A DNA stretch of 32,000 nucleotides from Kineococcus radiotolerans SRS30216 = ATCC BAA-149 (lineage in GTDB: Bacteria > Actinomycetota > Actinomycetes > Actinomycetales > Kineococcaceae), in NCBI RefSeq assembly GCF_000017305.1, contig NC_009664.2, positions 3,000,001 to 3,032,000 of the forward strand, in the 5' to 3' direction. Positions 19,008-25,771 of the stretch are shown here, piece after piece; the first letter of the stretch is position 1; each line of letters begins with the position of its first letter. The position numbers and the translations under genes were made by a program. The notes beneath the pieces are model-generated. The model saw only the letters and a program-made list of their open reading frames with translations, searched no databases and had not been told where the DNA came from.

Positions 19008-20127
19008 CCCCAGGACCCTGATCCCCGTCCTGCTGGGGATCGTGCTCGCGGTCGTCGTCGTCCGCAGCGGTGTCGGGCAGGCGTCCTGGGAGGTCGGGTA
19101 CGACCTCTCCGTCTACCGCGACGGCGCCCGGGACCTGCTGGCCGGCCGTGACCTCTACGGGCGCGAGACCTACCGCGGGCACTGGTTCGTGTACCCGCCG
19201 TTCGCGGCGATCCTCTTCGTGCCCCTGCTCCTGCTGCCCGCGGCGGTGGACCTCGTCCTGTGGGACGCGGTGCTGGTCGCGGTGGCGACGTGGGGGTGCT
19301 GGCGGGTCCTGCGCTCCGTCGCCGGCCCCGGGTGGTGGCTGGGGACGGGGATCGCGTTCGTCCTGCTCAGCGACCCGTTCCGCGAGGCGCTGGTGCTGGG
19401 GCAGATCAGCCCCCTCGTCGTGCTGGGGCTCGTGCTCGGCTGCCTCTACGGCGGGCGCGGGGGGGCCCTGCTCGCCGCGCTGTCGGGGGCGGTGAAGGTG
19501 ACCCCGGCCCTGGTGATCGCCTCGCTGCTGAACCGGCGGGCCCGGGGGTGGTTCGCGCTGCCCGTGGTCGTCGTGGGGGCGGTGGTGACGCTGCTCGGGG
19601 CCCTGGTGGCCCCGCGCTCGGCGGTGTCCTACTTCGGGGGCCTGCTCTGGGACCCCGACCGCGTCGCGGAGCCGCGGACGACGACGAACAACTCGCTGGC
19701 GGGGGCGTTCGCGCACGCGGGGACGTCGTCCTCGCTGGCCTCGGCGCTGGGGGTGGTGTGCGCGGTCCCGCTGCTGGTCCTCGTCGTCGTCGTCGCCCGG
19801 CGCTGCGACTGGCTGGACCGCTCCGCGCGGCTGCGCTTCGGGCTGCTCGTCTCCGTCGTGACCTGCCTGGTGTCGCCGGTGACGTGGTCGCACCACGCGC
19901 TGGCCGCCCCGATCGCGGTGGTGGTGCTGCTGGCCGGGCGGCGCCACGGCCCCCTGCTGGTGCTGGCGGGTCTCCCGTGGCTGCTGCCGGTGCTGCACTG
20001 GGGGCCGGTGCTCGCCCAGACCCGGCCGCTGTCGCTGCTGGTGCTCGTCGTCCTGCTCAGCGCGCGCCCGTCGCGCACCGCGCGGGCGCCGCGCTCCGAG
20101 CTGGACGGGGCCGCCCGGGAGGTCTGA
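19000..20127 (+). CDS. DUF2029 / GT87-type polyprenyl-phosphate-sugar dependent membrane glycosyltransferase (375 aa)
   Basis: DLSVYRDGARDLLAGRDLYGRE...WFVYPPFAAILFVPL and KVTPALV are characteristic of the GT87 family (PimE/AftC/Mpt-like). GTG 19000 overlaps the gtrA end by 8 nt. Confidence 0.8.
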   Translation: MRDPRTLIPVLLGIVLAVVVVRSGVGQASWEVGYDLSVYRDGARDLLAGRDLYGRETYRGHWFVYPPFAAILFVPLLLLPAAVDLVLWDAVLVAVATWGCWRVLRSVAGPGWWLGTGIAFVLLSDPFREALVLGQISPLVVLGLVLGCLYGGRGGALLAALSGAVKVTPALVIASLLNRRARGWFALPVVVVGAVVTLLGALVAPRSAVSYFGGLLWDPDRVAEPRTTTNNSLAGAFAHAGTSSSLASALGVVCAVPLLVLVVVVARRCDWLDRSARLRFGLLVSVVTCLVSPVTWSHHALAAPIAVVVLLAGRRHGPLLVLAGLPWLLPVLHWGPVLAQTRPLSLLVLVVLLSARPSRTARAPRSELDGAAREV

Positions 20128-20140
20128 GCCGCGGGCGGCC

Positions 20141-20177
20141 GGCGGCACCGGGCGGGGTCACCCGCGCCGGTGCCGCC
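20141..20177. terminator. Bidirectional GC hairpin between convergent operons
   Basis: ggcggcaccgggcggg-gtca-cccgcgccggtgccgcc forms a roughly 16-bp stem with one bulge and a 4-nt loop. It sits in the 61-bp gap between the stops at 20127 (+) and 20189 (-). Confidence 0.5.
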
Positions 20178-20188
20178 GCGCCACCGGC

Positions 20189-22183
20189 TCAGGCGCGGGC
20201 GACCTTCCCGGTCCGGGGGTCGTAGGACAGCGTGCCGCCCTGGAAGGTCTGGGTCAGGGTGGCCCCGCGCCACTGCTCGCCGGCGGTGGGCATCCCCAGG
20301 GGGCCGTTCTCCCACCCCTGCGCGGCCCAGGTGTCGAGGATCCCGCCGCGCACGGCGTGGGCGCCGGTCGCGCCCGACCAGTAGATCGAGCCGCCCTGGA
20401 ACCTCGTGAACCACCCGCGCCCGCCGGGGAGGGGGGTGTCGCTGCTGGTGGGGAAGCCGAGGCCGTTCTCCCAGCCCAGGGCGGCCCACTCCTGCCGGAT
20501 CGCCCCGCGCAGGGCCTGGGCGCCGGTGGAGGGCGACCAGTAGATCGAGCCGTTCTGGAAGTGGGTGTAGTACCCGACGCCGTTGGGGGTGCGGGTGTCG
20601 CTGGTGGTGGGGAAGCCGAGGCCGTTCTCCCAGCCCAGGGCGGCCCACTTCTGCTGGATCGCGCCGCGGACGGCCTGGGCGCCGGTGGAGGGCGACCAGT
20701 AGATCGAGCCGTTCTGGAAGTGGTTGTAGTACCCGGCGCCGTTGGGGGTGCGGGTGTCGCCGGTGGTGGGCAGCCCCATCCCGTTCTCCCAGCCCAGCGC
20801 CGCCCACCGGCTGCGGATCGCGCCGCGGACGTCGTGGGCGCCGGTGGCGGGGGAGGCGTAGATCGAGCCCCCGGCGAAGTGCTGGTAGGCGGCCCGGCCG
20901 TCGGGGGTGGTGAGCTCCGCGGAGGCCGCCGCCCCCAGGGGGCCGTTCACCCCGCCGAGGGCGCCGTGGGCGAGCTGCACGGCGCTGACGAGCGCGAAGT
21001 AGTCCGAGCGCAGCCCGCCCAGCTGCCGCAGCTTCGTGCCGGTGACCGCGACGGTGCCGTTGGTGCAGACGAGGGTCGCGTCCTTGACCCGGCCGCCGAA
21101 GTCGCCGCGCCCGTCGCGGCCCTTCACGACGATCCCGGTGGCCGCGCCGCCGGGCGCGCAGCCGGCGTCGAAGCTCGCCGCGCGCACGGTGGTCGTCCAG
21201 GCGGCGACGCTGTCGCCGGGGGCGGTGCGCCCGGGCCCGGAGAACGGGTCCTCCTTGGCCACCAGGTACGGCTTGGACCCCGCGACGGTCCAGCCGCCGT
21301 TGGAGGAGGAGAACTGGGTGAACGCGACCTTGCCCTCGTGGCTGCGGATCTCCCCGGCGGTCGCGGCGATGGCCGCGTTCGTCGACGCGGGCGTCGACCA
21401 GGTCGTCGCGCCGGCCGCGTCCCGGACCTCCGCGCCCCGGTAGACCTGGCAGGCGGTCGTGTCGCAGATGTCGGTCTGGGCCTGCGGGTTCAGCACGGCC
21501 ATCGCGTAGCTGCGGGCGGCCACCGACTGGGCCTTGAGCGCTTCCGCGTTCCAGGAGGCGGGGGACTCGGCGGGGACGACCCCGCGCAGGTAGGTCTCCA
21601 GCGGGACGTCGTTGACGACGGTGAGCCTGGGCCCGGTGACGATGCGGACGACGCCGTCGTAGCGGACGGAGGTCCCGTCGCCCTTCTGCAGCAGGACCCC
21701 GTCCGGGCCGCTGAGGGTGACCGTCCCGCCCCAGGTCTCGTTCCAGGCGCCGTCGACGGTGCCGGTCAGCCCGGACCCGCTGGGGGCCACGACCAGGCGC
21801 TGCCCGGCCTCGACCTTCCGGCCGCTGGAGCTGATGGTCAGCGGGCTGCCCGAGGGGGCGCGCACGGCGACGGCGGCGTTGGCGAACGCCGTCAGCCCCA
21901 CCCGCAGCGTCCGGTCCGGTTGGTTCCCCACCGAGGTGCCGGGGTAGTAGAAGTCCAGGATCGTGCGGTAGCCCTGGCCGGCGACGGCGCGCGACTGGGC
22001 CCCCCACTGCGACATGCCGATCCCGTGCCCGAACCCGTGCCCGACGACGGTGAAGGAACCCCCGGTGGCCGGGCGGACCTCGTCGGCGGAGGCGGGCACC
22101 GCGGTCAGCGTCCCCGCCGTCAGGGCCAGCGCCGTGCCGGCCACCAGGCCGGTCACGAGGCGGGAGATCCTGGTGCGTGTCAT
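20189..22183 (-). CDS. Secreted SpoIID/LytB-domain protein (lytic transglycosylase/amidase enhancer type) with 5 C-terminal LGFP repeats (664 aa)
   Basis: Signal peptide ending ASA/DE. SpoIID motifs GHGFGHGIGMSQWGA, LETYLRGVVPAESP, EALKAQSVAARSYA, CDTTACQVYRG and FSSSNGG. LGFP repeats follow. GGAGGA lies 4 nt before the ATG at 22183. Confidence 0.9.
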   Translation of the reverse strand: MTRTRISRLVTGLVAGTALALTAGTLTAVPASADEVRPATGGSFTVVGHGFGHGIGMSQWGAQSRAVAGQGYRTILDFYYPGTSVGNQPDRTLRVGLTAFANAAVAVRAPSGSPLTISSSGRKVEAGQRLVVAPSGSGLTGTVDGAWNETWGGTVTLSGPDGVLLQKGDGTSVRYDGVVRIVTGPRLTVVNDVPLETYLRGVVPAESPASWNAEALKAQSVAARSYAMAVLNPQAQTDICDTTACQVYRGAEVRDAAGATTWSTPASTNAAIAATAGEIRSHEGKVAFTQFSSSNGGWTVAGSKPYLVAKEDPFSGPGRTAPGDSVAAWTTTVRAASFDAGCAPGGAATGIVVKGRDGRGDFGGRVKDATLVCTNGTVAVTGTKLRQLGGLRSDYFALVSAVQLAHGALGGVNGPLGAAASAELTTPDGRAAYQHFAGGSIYASPATGAHDVRGAIRSRWAALGWENGMGLPTTGDTRTPNGAGYYNHFQNGSIYWSPSTGAQAVRGAIQQKWAALGWENGLGFPTTSDTRTPNGVGYYTHFQNGSIYWSPSTGAQALRGAIRQEWAALGWENGLGFPTSSDTPLPGGRGWFTRFQGGSIYWSGATGAHAVRGGILDTWAAQGWENGPLGMPTAGEQWRGATLTQTFQGGTLSYDPRTGKVARA
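20192..20944 (-). repeat. In-frame tandem array encoding 5 LGFP repeats (about 159-bp period)
   Basis: The protein repeat GWENGLGFPT..F.NGSIYWSPSTGAQA.RGAI...WAAL recurs five times. Units 20436-20594 and 20595-20753 differ at only about 8 of 159 nt by hand alignment. Confidence 0.85.
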
Positions 22184-22208
22184 GTCGTCCTCCGGGTGCT
22201 TCCGCGGA

Positions 22209-23432
22209 TCAGTGGTTCAGCGAGATCGAGGTCGTGCGGCGGGTCGCGTCCCAGGTCAGCGAACCGCCCTGGAAGTCCAGGCGCAAGCCCCCCGGGACGG
22301 GGCGCTCGTCGGCGACGGGGAAGCCCAGCGGGCCGTTCTCCCAGCCGGTCGCGGCCCACGTCTCGCGCAGCGCGCCGCGGACGGCGTGCGCGCCGGTCGC
22401 GGGGGACCAGTAGACCGACCCGCCCTCGAAGTGGGTGTAGGCGCCGGGCTTGCTGGGGGTCCGGCGGTCGCCGGTGGTGGGGAACCCCAGGCCGTTCTCC
22501 CAGCCGAGGGCGGCCCACCGGTCGCGGATCGCCCCGCGCAGCTCGTGGGCCCCCGTCGCGGGGGACCAGTAGACCGAGCCGCCCTGGAAGTGGTTGTAGG
22601 CCCCCGCCCGCCGCGGGGTGCGCAGTTCGTCGGTCAGGGGGACCCCGAGGGCGGCGGGGCCGCCGAGTTCGCCGTAGCGGCCGGCGATGGCGCCGTGCAC
22701 CTCGCGCACCGGGGTCGTGGGGGAGGCGTAGACGCTGCCGTGGCGGTAGTCGCGCCGGGAGACCCCCGCCGAGGACGTGGTGCGCCGGGCGCCCACGTCG
22801 CCGCCGAGGACGGAGCGTTCCCCGCCGAGGGCGATCCAGTGCCCGGTGAGGGGGTCGGCCGTCCCGGTCCACCACGACGTCTCGCGGGCGGCGCCGGAGA
22901 AGGTGAGCGACAGGTGGACGTGGTCGGTGTGCGGGTCGGGACCGGTGTAGGGCTGCCACCCGGCGGCGGGGTCGTAGGCCTTCCACACCGCGCGGTCCCA
23001 GATGACGTACATGACCCCGAGGCGGCGGGCGTTCGCGGCGGCGTTGCCGTTCGCGTCGGGGGCGAGCAGCCAGGTGGTGAACTCCCGGGCGAGGGCGGCC
23101 TCCGCGGGCACGGCGGCGTCGAGCATCCAGTCCAGCGCGCGGCCGTCGTGGTGCTCGGAGGTGGGGGGGCCGCCGACGGGGCAGGCGCGGGCGGTCCCCA
23201 CGTCCTGCGGGCCGTAGGCGTCGCGGATCAGCCGGGCGACGGCGAGGGTCCCCGGTTGCGGTGCGGCGCAGGAGATCGGCGCCTGGTACCGGGGGGCGAG
23301 GGCGTCGACCTCGGCGGGCAGCCCGCCCGGGGCGCGGGGGGCGGCCGAGGCGGCGGGCCCGACCAGGCCGGCCAGCGCCGCGACGAGCAGGCCCGCCACC
23401 ACCGGCGCCGCGCCGGGACCCCGCCGCCTCAC
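22209..23432 (-). CDS. Secreted LAS/M15-like zinc peptidase (VanY-type motif) with 4 C-terminal LGFP repeats (407 aa)
   Basis: Signal peptide MRRRGPGAAPVVAGLLVAALAGLVGPAASAA. SEHHDGRALD fits the SxHxxGxAxD metal-binding motif of D-Ala-D-Ala carboxypeptidase-like LAS enzymes, and HTDHVHLS supplies an HxH. LGFP repeats follow. GAGGAAG lies before the GTG at 23432. Confidence 0.75.
   Translation of the reverse strand: MRRRGPGAAPVVAGLLVAALAGLVGPAASAAPRAPGGLPAEVDALAPRYQAPISCAAPQPGTLAVARLIRDAYGPQDVGTARACPVGGPPTSEHHDGRALDWMLDAAVPAEAALAREFTTWLLAPDANGNAAANARRLGVMYVIWDRAVWKAYDPAAGWQPYTGPDPHTDHVHLSLTFSGAARETSWWTGTADPLTGHWIALGGERSVLGGDVGARRTTSSAGVSRRDYRHGSVYASPTTPVREVHGAIAGRYGELGGPAALGVPLTDELRTPRRAGAYNHFQGGSVYWSPATGAHELRGAIRDRWAALGWENGLGFPTTGDRRTPSKPGAYTHFEGGSVYWSPATGAHAVRGALRETWAATGWENGPLGFPVADERPVPGGLRLDFQGGSLTWDATRRTTSISLNH
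22212..22826 (-). repeat. In-frame tandem array encoding 4 LGFP repeats
   Basis: Repeats such as GWENGLGFPTTGDRRTPSKPGAYTHFEGGSVYWSPATGAHAVRGALRETWAAT. The DNA is visibly related to the arrays at 20192-20944 and 23437-24195. Confidence 0.8.
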
Positions 23433-23433
23433 G

Positions 23434-25398
23434 TCACTTCCTCTTCGCGGTGGTCTGGCCGGTGGACCGGTTCCAGGTGAGGGTCCCGCCCTCGAACTCC
23501 ATCCGCAGCCCGCCGTCGACGGCGTACTCGTCCTTGGTGGGGAAACCCAGCCAGGAGTTCTCCCAGCCCATCGACGCCCAGGTCTCGCGGAACGCCCCGC
23601 GGACGGCGTGGGCCCCGGTGGCGGGGGACCAGTAGACCGACCCGCCCTGGAAGTGGTTGTACCAGCCCTTCCCGCCGGGGGTGGGGGTGTCGTCGATCGT
23701 GGGGAAACCCATGCCGCGTTCCCAGCCGAGCGCGGCCCAGCGGTCCCGGATGGCGCCGGTCGTCCAGCGCGCCCCGGTCGCGGCGGAGTAGTAGATGGAC
23801 CCGCCCTGGAAGTGGGTGTACCAGCCGCCGGCGGCGCGGGAGTCGCCGGTCACCGGGAAACCGGCGGGGCCGCCCTCCCAGCCCATCGACGCCCACTTGG
23901 TCCGGATCGCCCCGCGCACGTCGCGGGCCCCGGTGGCGGGGCTCCAGTAGATGGAACCGTTCTGGAAGTGGTTGTAGAAACCGCCCTTGGCCCGGGAGTC
24001 GTCGGTGGTGGGGAAACCGAGGCCGTTCTCCCAGCCGAGCCGGCCCCAGGCGGCGAGGATCTCCCCGCGCACGGTGTGGGCGCCGGTCACCCGGTTCCAG
24101 TAGATCGCCCCGCCGGTGTAGAACCGGTAGGAACCGTCACCGCGGGGGGTGTCGAGTTCCGCGGTCGTCGGGGTGCCGAACGCGGCGGCCCCGCCGACGG
24201 CGGCGTACTTGGCGTCGATCGCGGTGCCCGTGGCGGCGTTCATCAGTTGCGCGACCCGGGCGCGGATGGTGTCCATCCGGGTGAAACCGACGTTGCCCGG
24301 GCAGGCGGTGAAACCGACGTCCCGGTGGGCGTTGATCGTGCGCAGCTTCACGGTGCTGCCCGCGGCGTAGCGGGCCGTCCCGCCGCCGGCGGAGGTGAGG
24401 TACGCGGCGCCGTCGGCGGGCAGGCCGTACATCGACAGCTTCCAGGCGATGACCCGGGCGACGGATTCGAGGCACTCGGCGCTGGGGGCGACGGAGGTGT
24501 AGTCGCCCATCATCGAGACCCCGAAGGTGTCGGCGTTGAAACCCCCGGCGTGCGCGCCGACGACGGGCTGGGAGATCCCCCCGGCGCGCCCCTCCCAGAT
24601 CCCGCCGAAGCGGTCGACGACGAAGTTGTAGCCGAGGTCGGCCCAGCCCAGGGACACCGTGTGGTAGCGGTACATGCCGCGGATGACCGAGGGGACCTCG
24701 GCCTGGCTGTAGGTCCCGCCGTCGGCGGTGTGGTGGACGACGACGGCCTTGATGGTGGTGCTGTAGCTCGCCCCGCCCTGGCGCAGCGACTCGTCGGCGC
24801 CCCAGGCGGCGCGGGAGCGGATCGTCGGCTGCGGGACGGCCCGGGGGCTGGCCTTGGTGCCGGAGGGGGAGGCGAGGGTGGTGCGGGTGTCGAGCGCGGA
24901 GCTCTCGCCGGCGTCGACGAGCTGCAGGTGGGCGTCGGCGACGTCGGTGCGCGGCAGGCGGACCTGGACGGTGGCGGTCCCGAGGGCGCCGACCCACAGC
25001 GGGTCGGAGGCGGTGACGGAGCGGCGGCCCTCGGCGGTGTCCGGGTCGGGTTCGGAGTCGTTGAGGGGCAGGTCGCTCCACGCCGTCCAGTCCGCGCCGG
25101 CGCGGCGCACGCGCACGGAGACGGTGTCGGTGGAGGCGCCGGAGGGGAACGTCACCCCGACCATGTGCCCGCCCTCGACGTCCACCGCGACGACCGCGAG
25201 GTCGCCGGTGGAGAGCAGGGTGGCGGAGCGCTGCTGGCCCAGGGCGAAGGCGCGGGTCGAGCCGGCGACCTGCAGGGCCGCGGGGGCCAGGGCGCTCGCG
25301 GGGGCCCCCGCGCACAGCAGGGCCGCGCCGGTGAGGCCACCGGCGGCACCGCCGGTGAGCAGGGCGCGACGGGACACGGGGGTGGTGACGGACCGCAT
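23434..25398 (-). CDS. Tat-exported N-acetylmuramoyl-L-alanine amidase (Amidase_2/PGRP type) with 5 C-terminal LGFP repeats (654 aa)
   Basis: Twin-arginine signal MRSVTTPVSRRALLTGGAAGG...APASALA. Amidase_2 core AVVVHHTADGGTYSQAEVPSVIRGMYRYHTVSLGWADLGYNFVVDRFGGIWEGRAGG..GAHAGGFNADTFGVSMMG. LGFP repeats follow. ATG at 25398 with GAAGGAGGAA at 25408-25417. The longer ORF-track start at 25494 was rejected. Confidence 0.9.
   Translation of the reverse strand: MRSVTTPVSRRALLTGGAAGGLTGAALLCAGAPASALAPAALQVAGSTRAFALGQQRSATLLSTGDLAVVAVDVEGGHMVGVTFPSGASTDTVSVRVRRAGADWTAWSDLPLNDSEPDPDTAEGRRSVTASDPLWVGALGTATVQVRLPRTDVADAHLQLVDAGESSALDTRTTLASPSGTKASPRAVPQPTIRSRAAWGADESLRQGGASYSTTIKAVVVHHTADGGTYSQAEVPSVIRGMYRYHTVSLGWADLGYNFVVDRFGGIWEGRAGGISQPVVGAHAGGFNADTFGVSMMGDYTSVAPSAECLESVARVIAWKLSMYGLPADGAAYLTSAGGGTARYAAGSTVKLRTINAHRDVGFTACPGNVGFTRMDTIRARVAQLMNAATGTAIDAKYAAVGGAAAFGTPTTAELDTPRGDGSYRFYTGGAIYWNRVTGAHTVRGEILAAWGRLGWENGLGFPTTDDSRAKGGFYNHFQNGSIYWSPATGARDVRGAIRTKWASMGWEGGPAGFPVTGDSRAAGGWYTHFQGGSIYYSAATGARWTTGAIRDRWAALGWERGMGFPTIDDTPTPGGKGWYNHFQGGSVYWSPATGAHAVRGAFRETWASMGWENSWLGFPTKDEYAVDGGLRMEFEGGTLTWNRSTGQTTAKRK
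23437..24195 (-). repeat. In-frame tandem array encoding 5 LGFP repeats
   Basis: Repeats such as GWERGMGFPTIDDTPTPGGKGWYNHFQGGSVYWSPATGAHAVRGAFRETWASM, with 51-53 aa per unit. Confidence 0.8.
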
Positions 25399-25660
25399 CT
25401 GGGCTCGTTCCTCCTTCTGGCGTGGGGCGGCGAGCGCCCCGTGGGTCACACCCACACGGGTGAACGCTCGGCTCCGGCATCGGCTGACGGACACCGGACC
25501 TTGAGCGTGTCGCTACCGTCCCGTGCGCCTTCCGTCACGCAAAGTAGGTGAGGATGCCTGAGGTGTACAAGGTGCCCGAGTGCACAACTGGGTAACACCT
25601 CTGTGTTCACTCGTGCACTCTACGTCACAATCGTCCATCGCACCCCAGTTCTGAGTCGCG
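25399..25660 (-). promoter_or_regulatory. Promoter plus long structured 5' leader of the LGFP-hydrolase operon (class unassigned)
   Basis: This is the only visibly lower-GC stretch in the window and has no coding potential. It contains a possible -10 TAGAGT (minus strand, 25622-25617), a cluster of GTGNAC repeats, competing short hairpins at 25419-25466, and a stem that ends 6 nt upstream of the SD box. Confidence 0.35.
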
Positions 25661-25693
25661 CCCGCGAACCCCGGGGAACCCCGGGAACGACGA

Positions 25694-25725
25694 GACCCCC
25701 CGATCCGCAGCGGGTTCGGAGGGTC
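25694..25725 (-). terminator. Hairpin downstream of the DUF1501 gene
   Basis: The minus-strand RNA GACCCUCCGA-(12 nt)-UCGGGGGGUC gives a 10-bp stem including one G-U pair. It starts 46 nt after the stop at 25772 and is followed by UCGUCGUU. Confidence 0.4.
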
Positions 25726-25771
25726 CGTCCAGAACGCTCTCAGGTCGCGGTCAGGTCACCGCCGGTGCCCG

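Noticed and set aside
20189-24195. Regular periodicity of about 150-160 bp that could superficially suggest a CRISPR or other non-coding repeat array.
   Set aside because: The repeats are in frame, lie inside three long ORFs and encode the LGFP protein repeat. There are no short unique spacers and no cas genes.
25483-25492. A firm call of a ydaO/c-di-AMP riboswitch based on the GUCCGUCAGC box.
   Set aside because: Only one conserved segment is recognisable. The other conserved bulges and helices could not be located in the expected order, so the region is reported only as an unassigned structured leader pending cmsearch.
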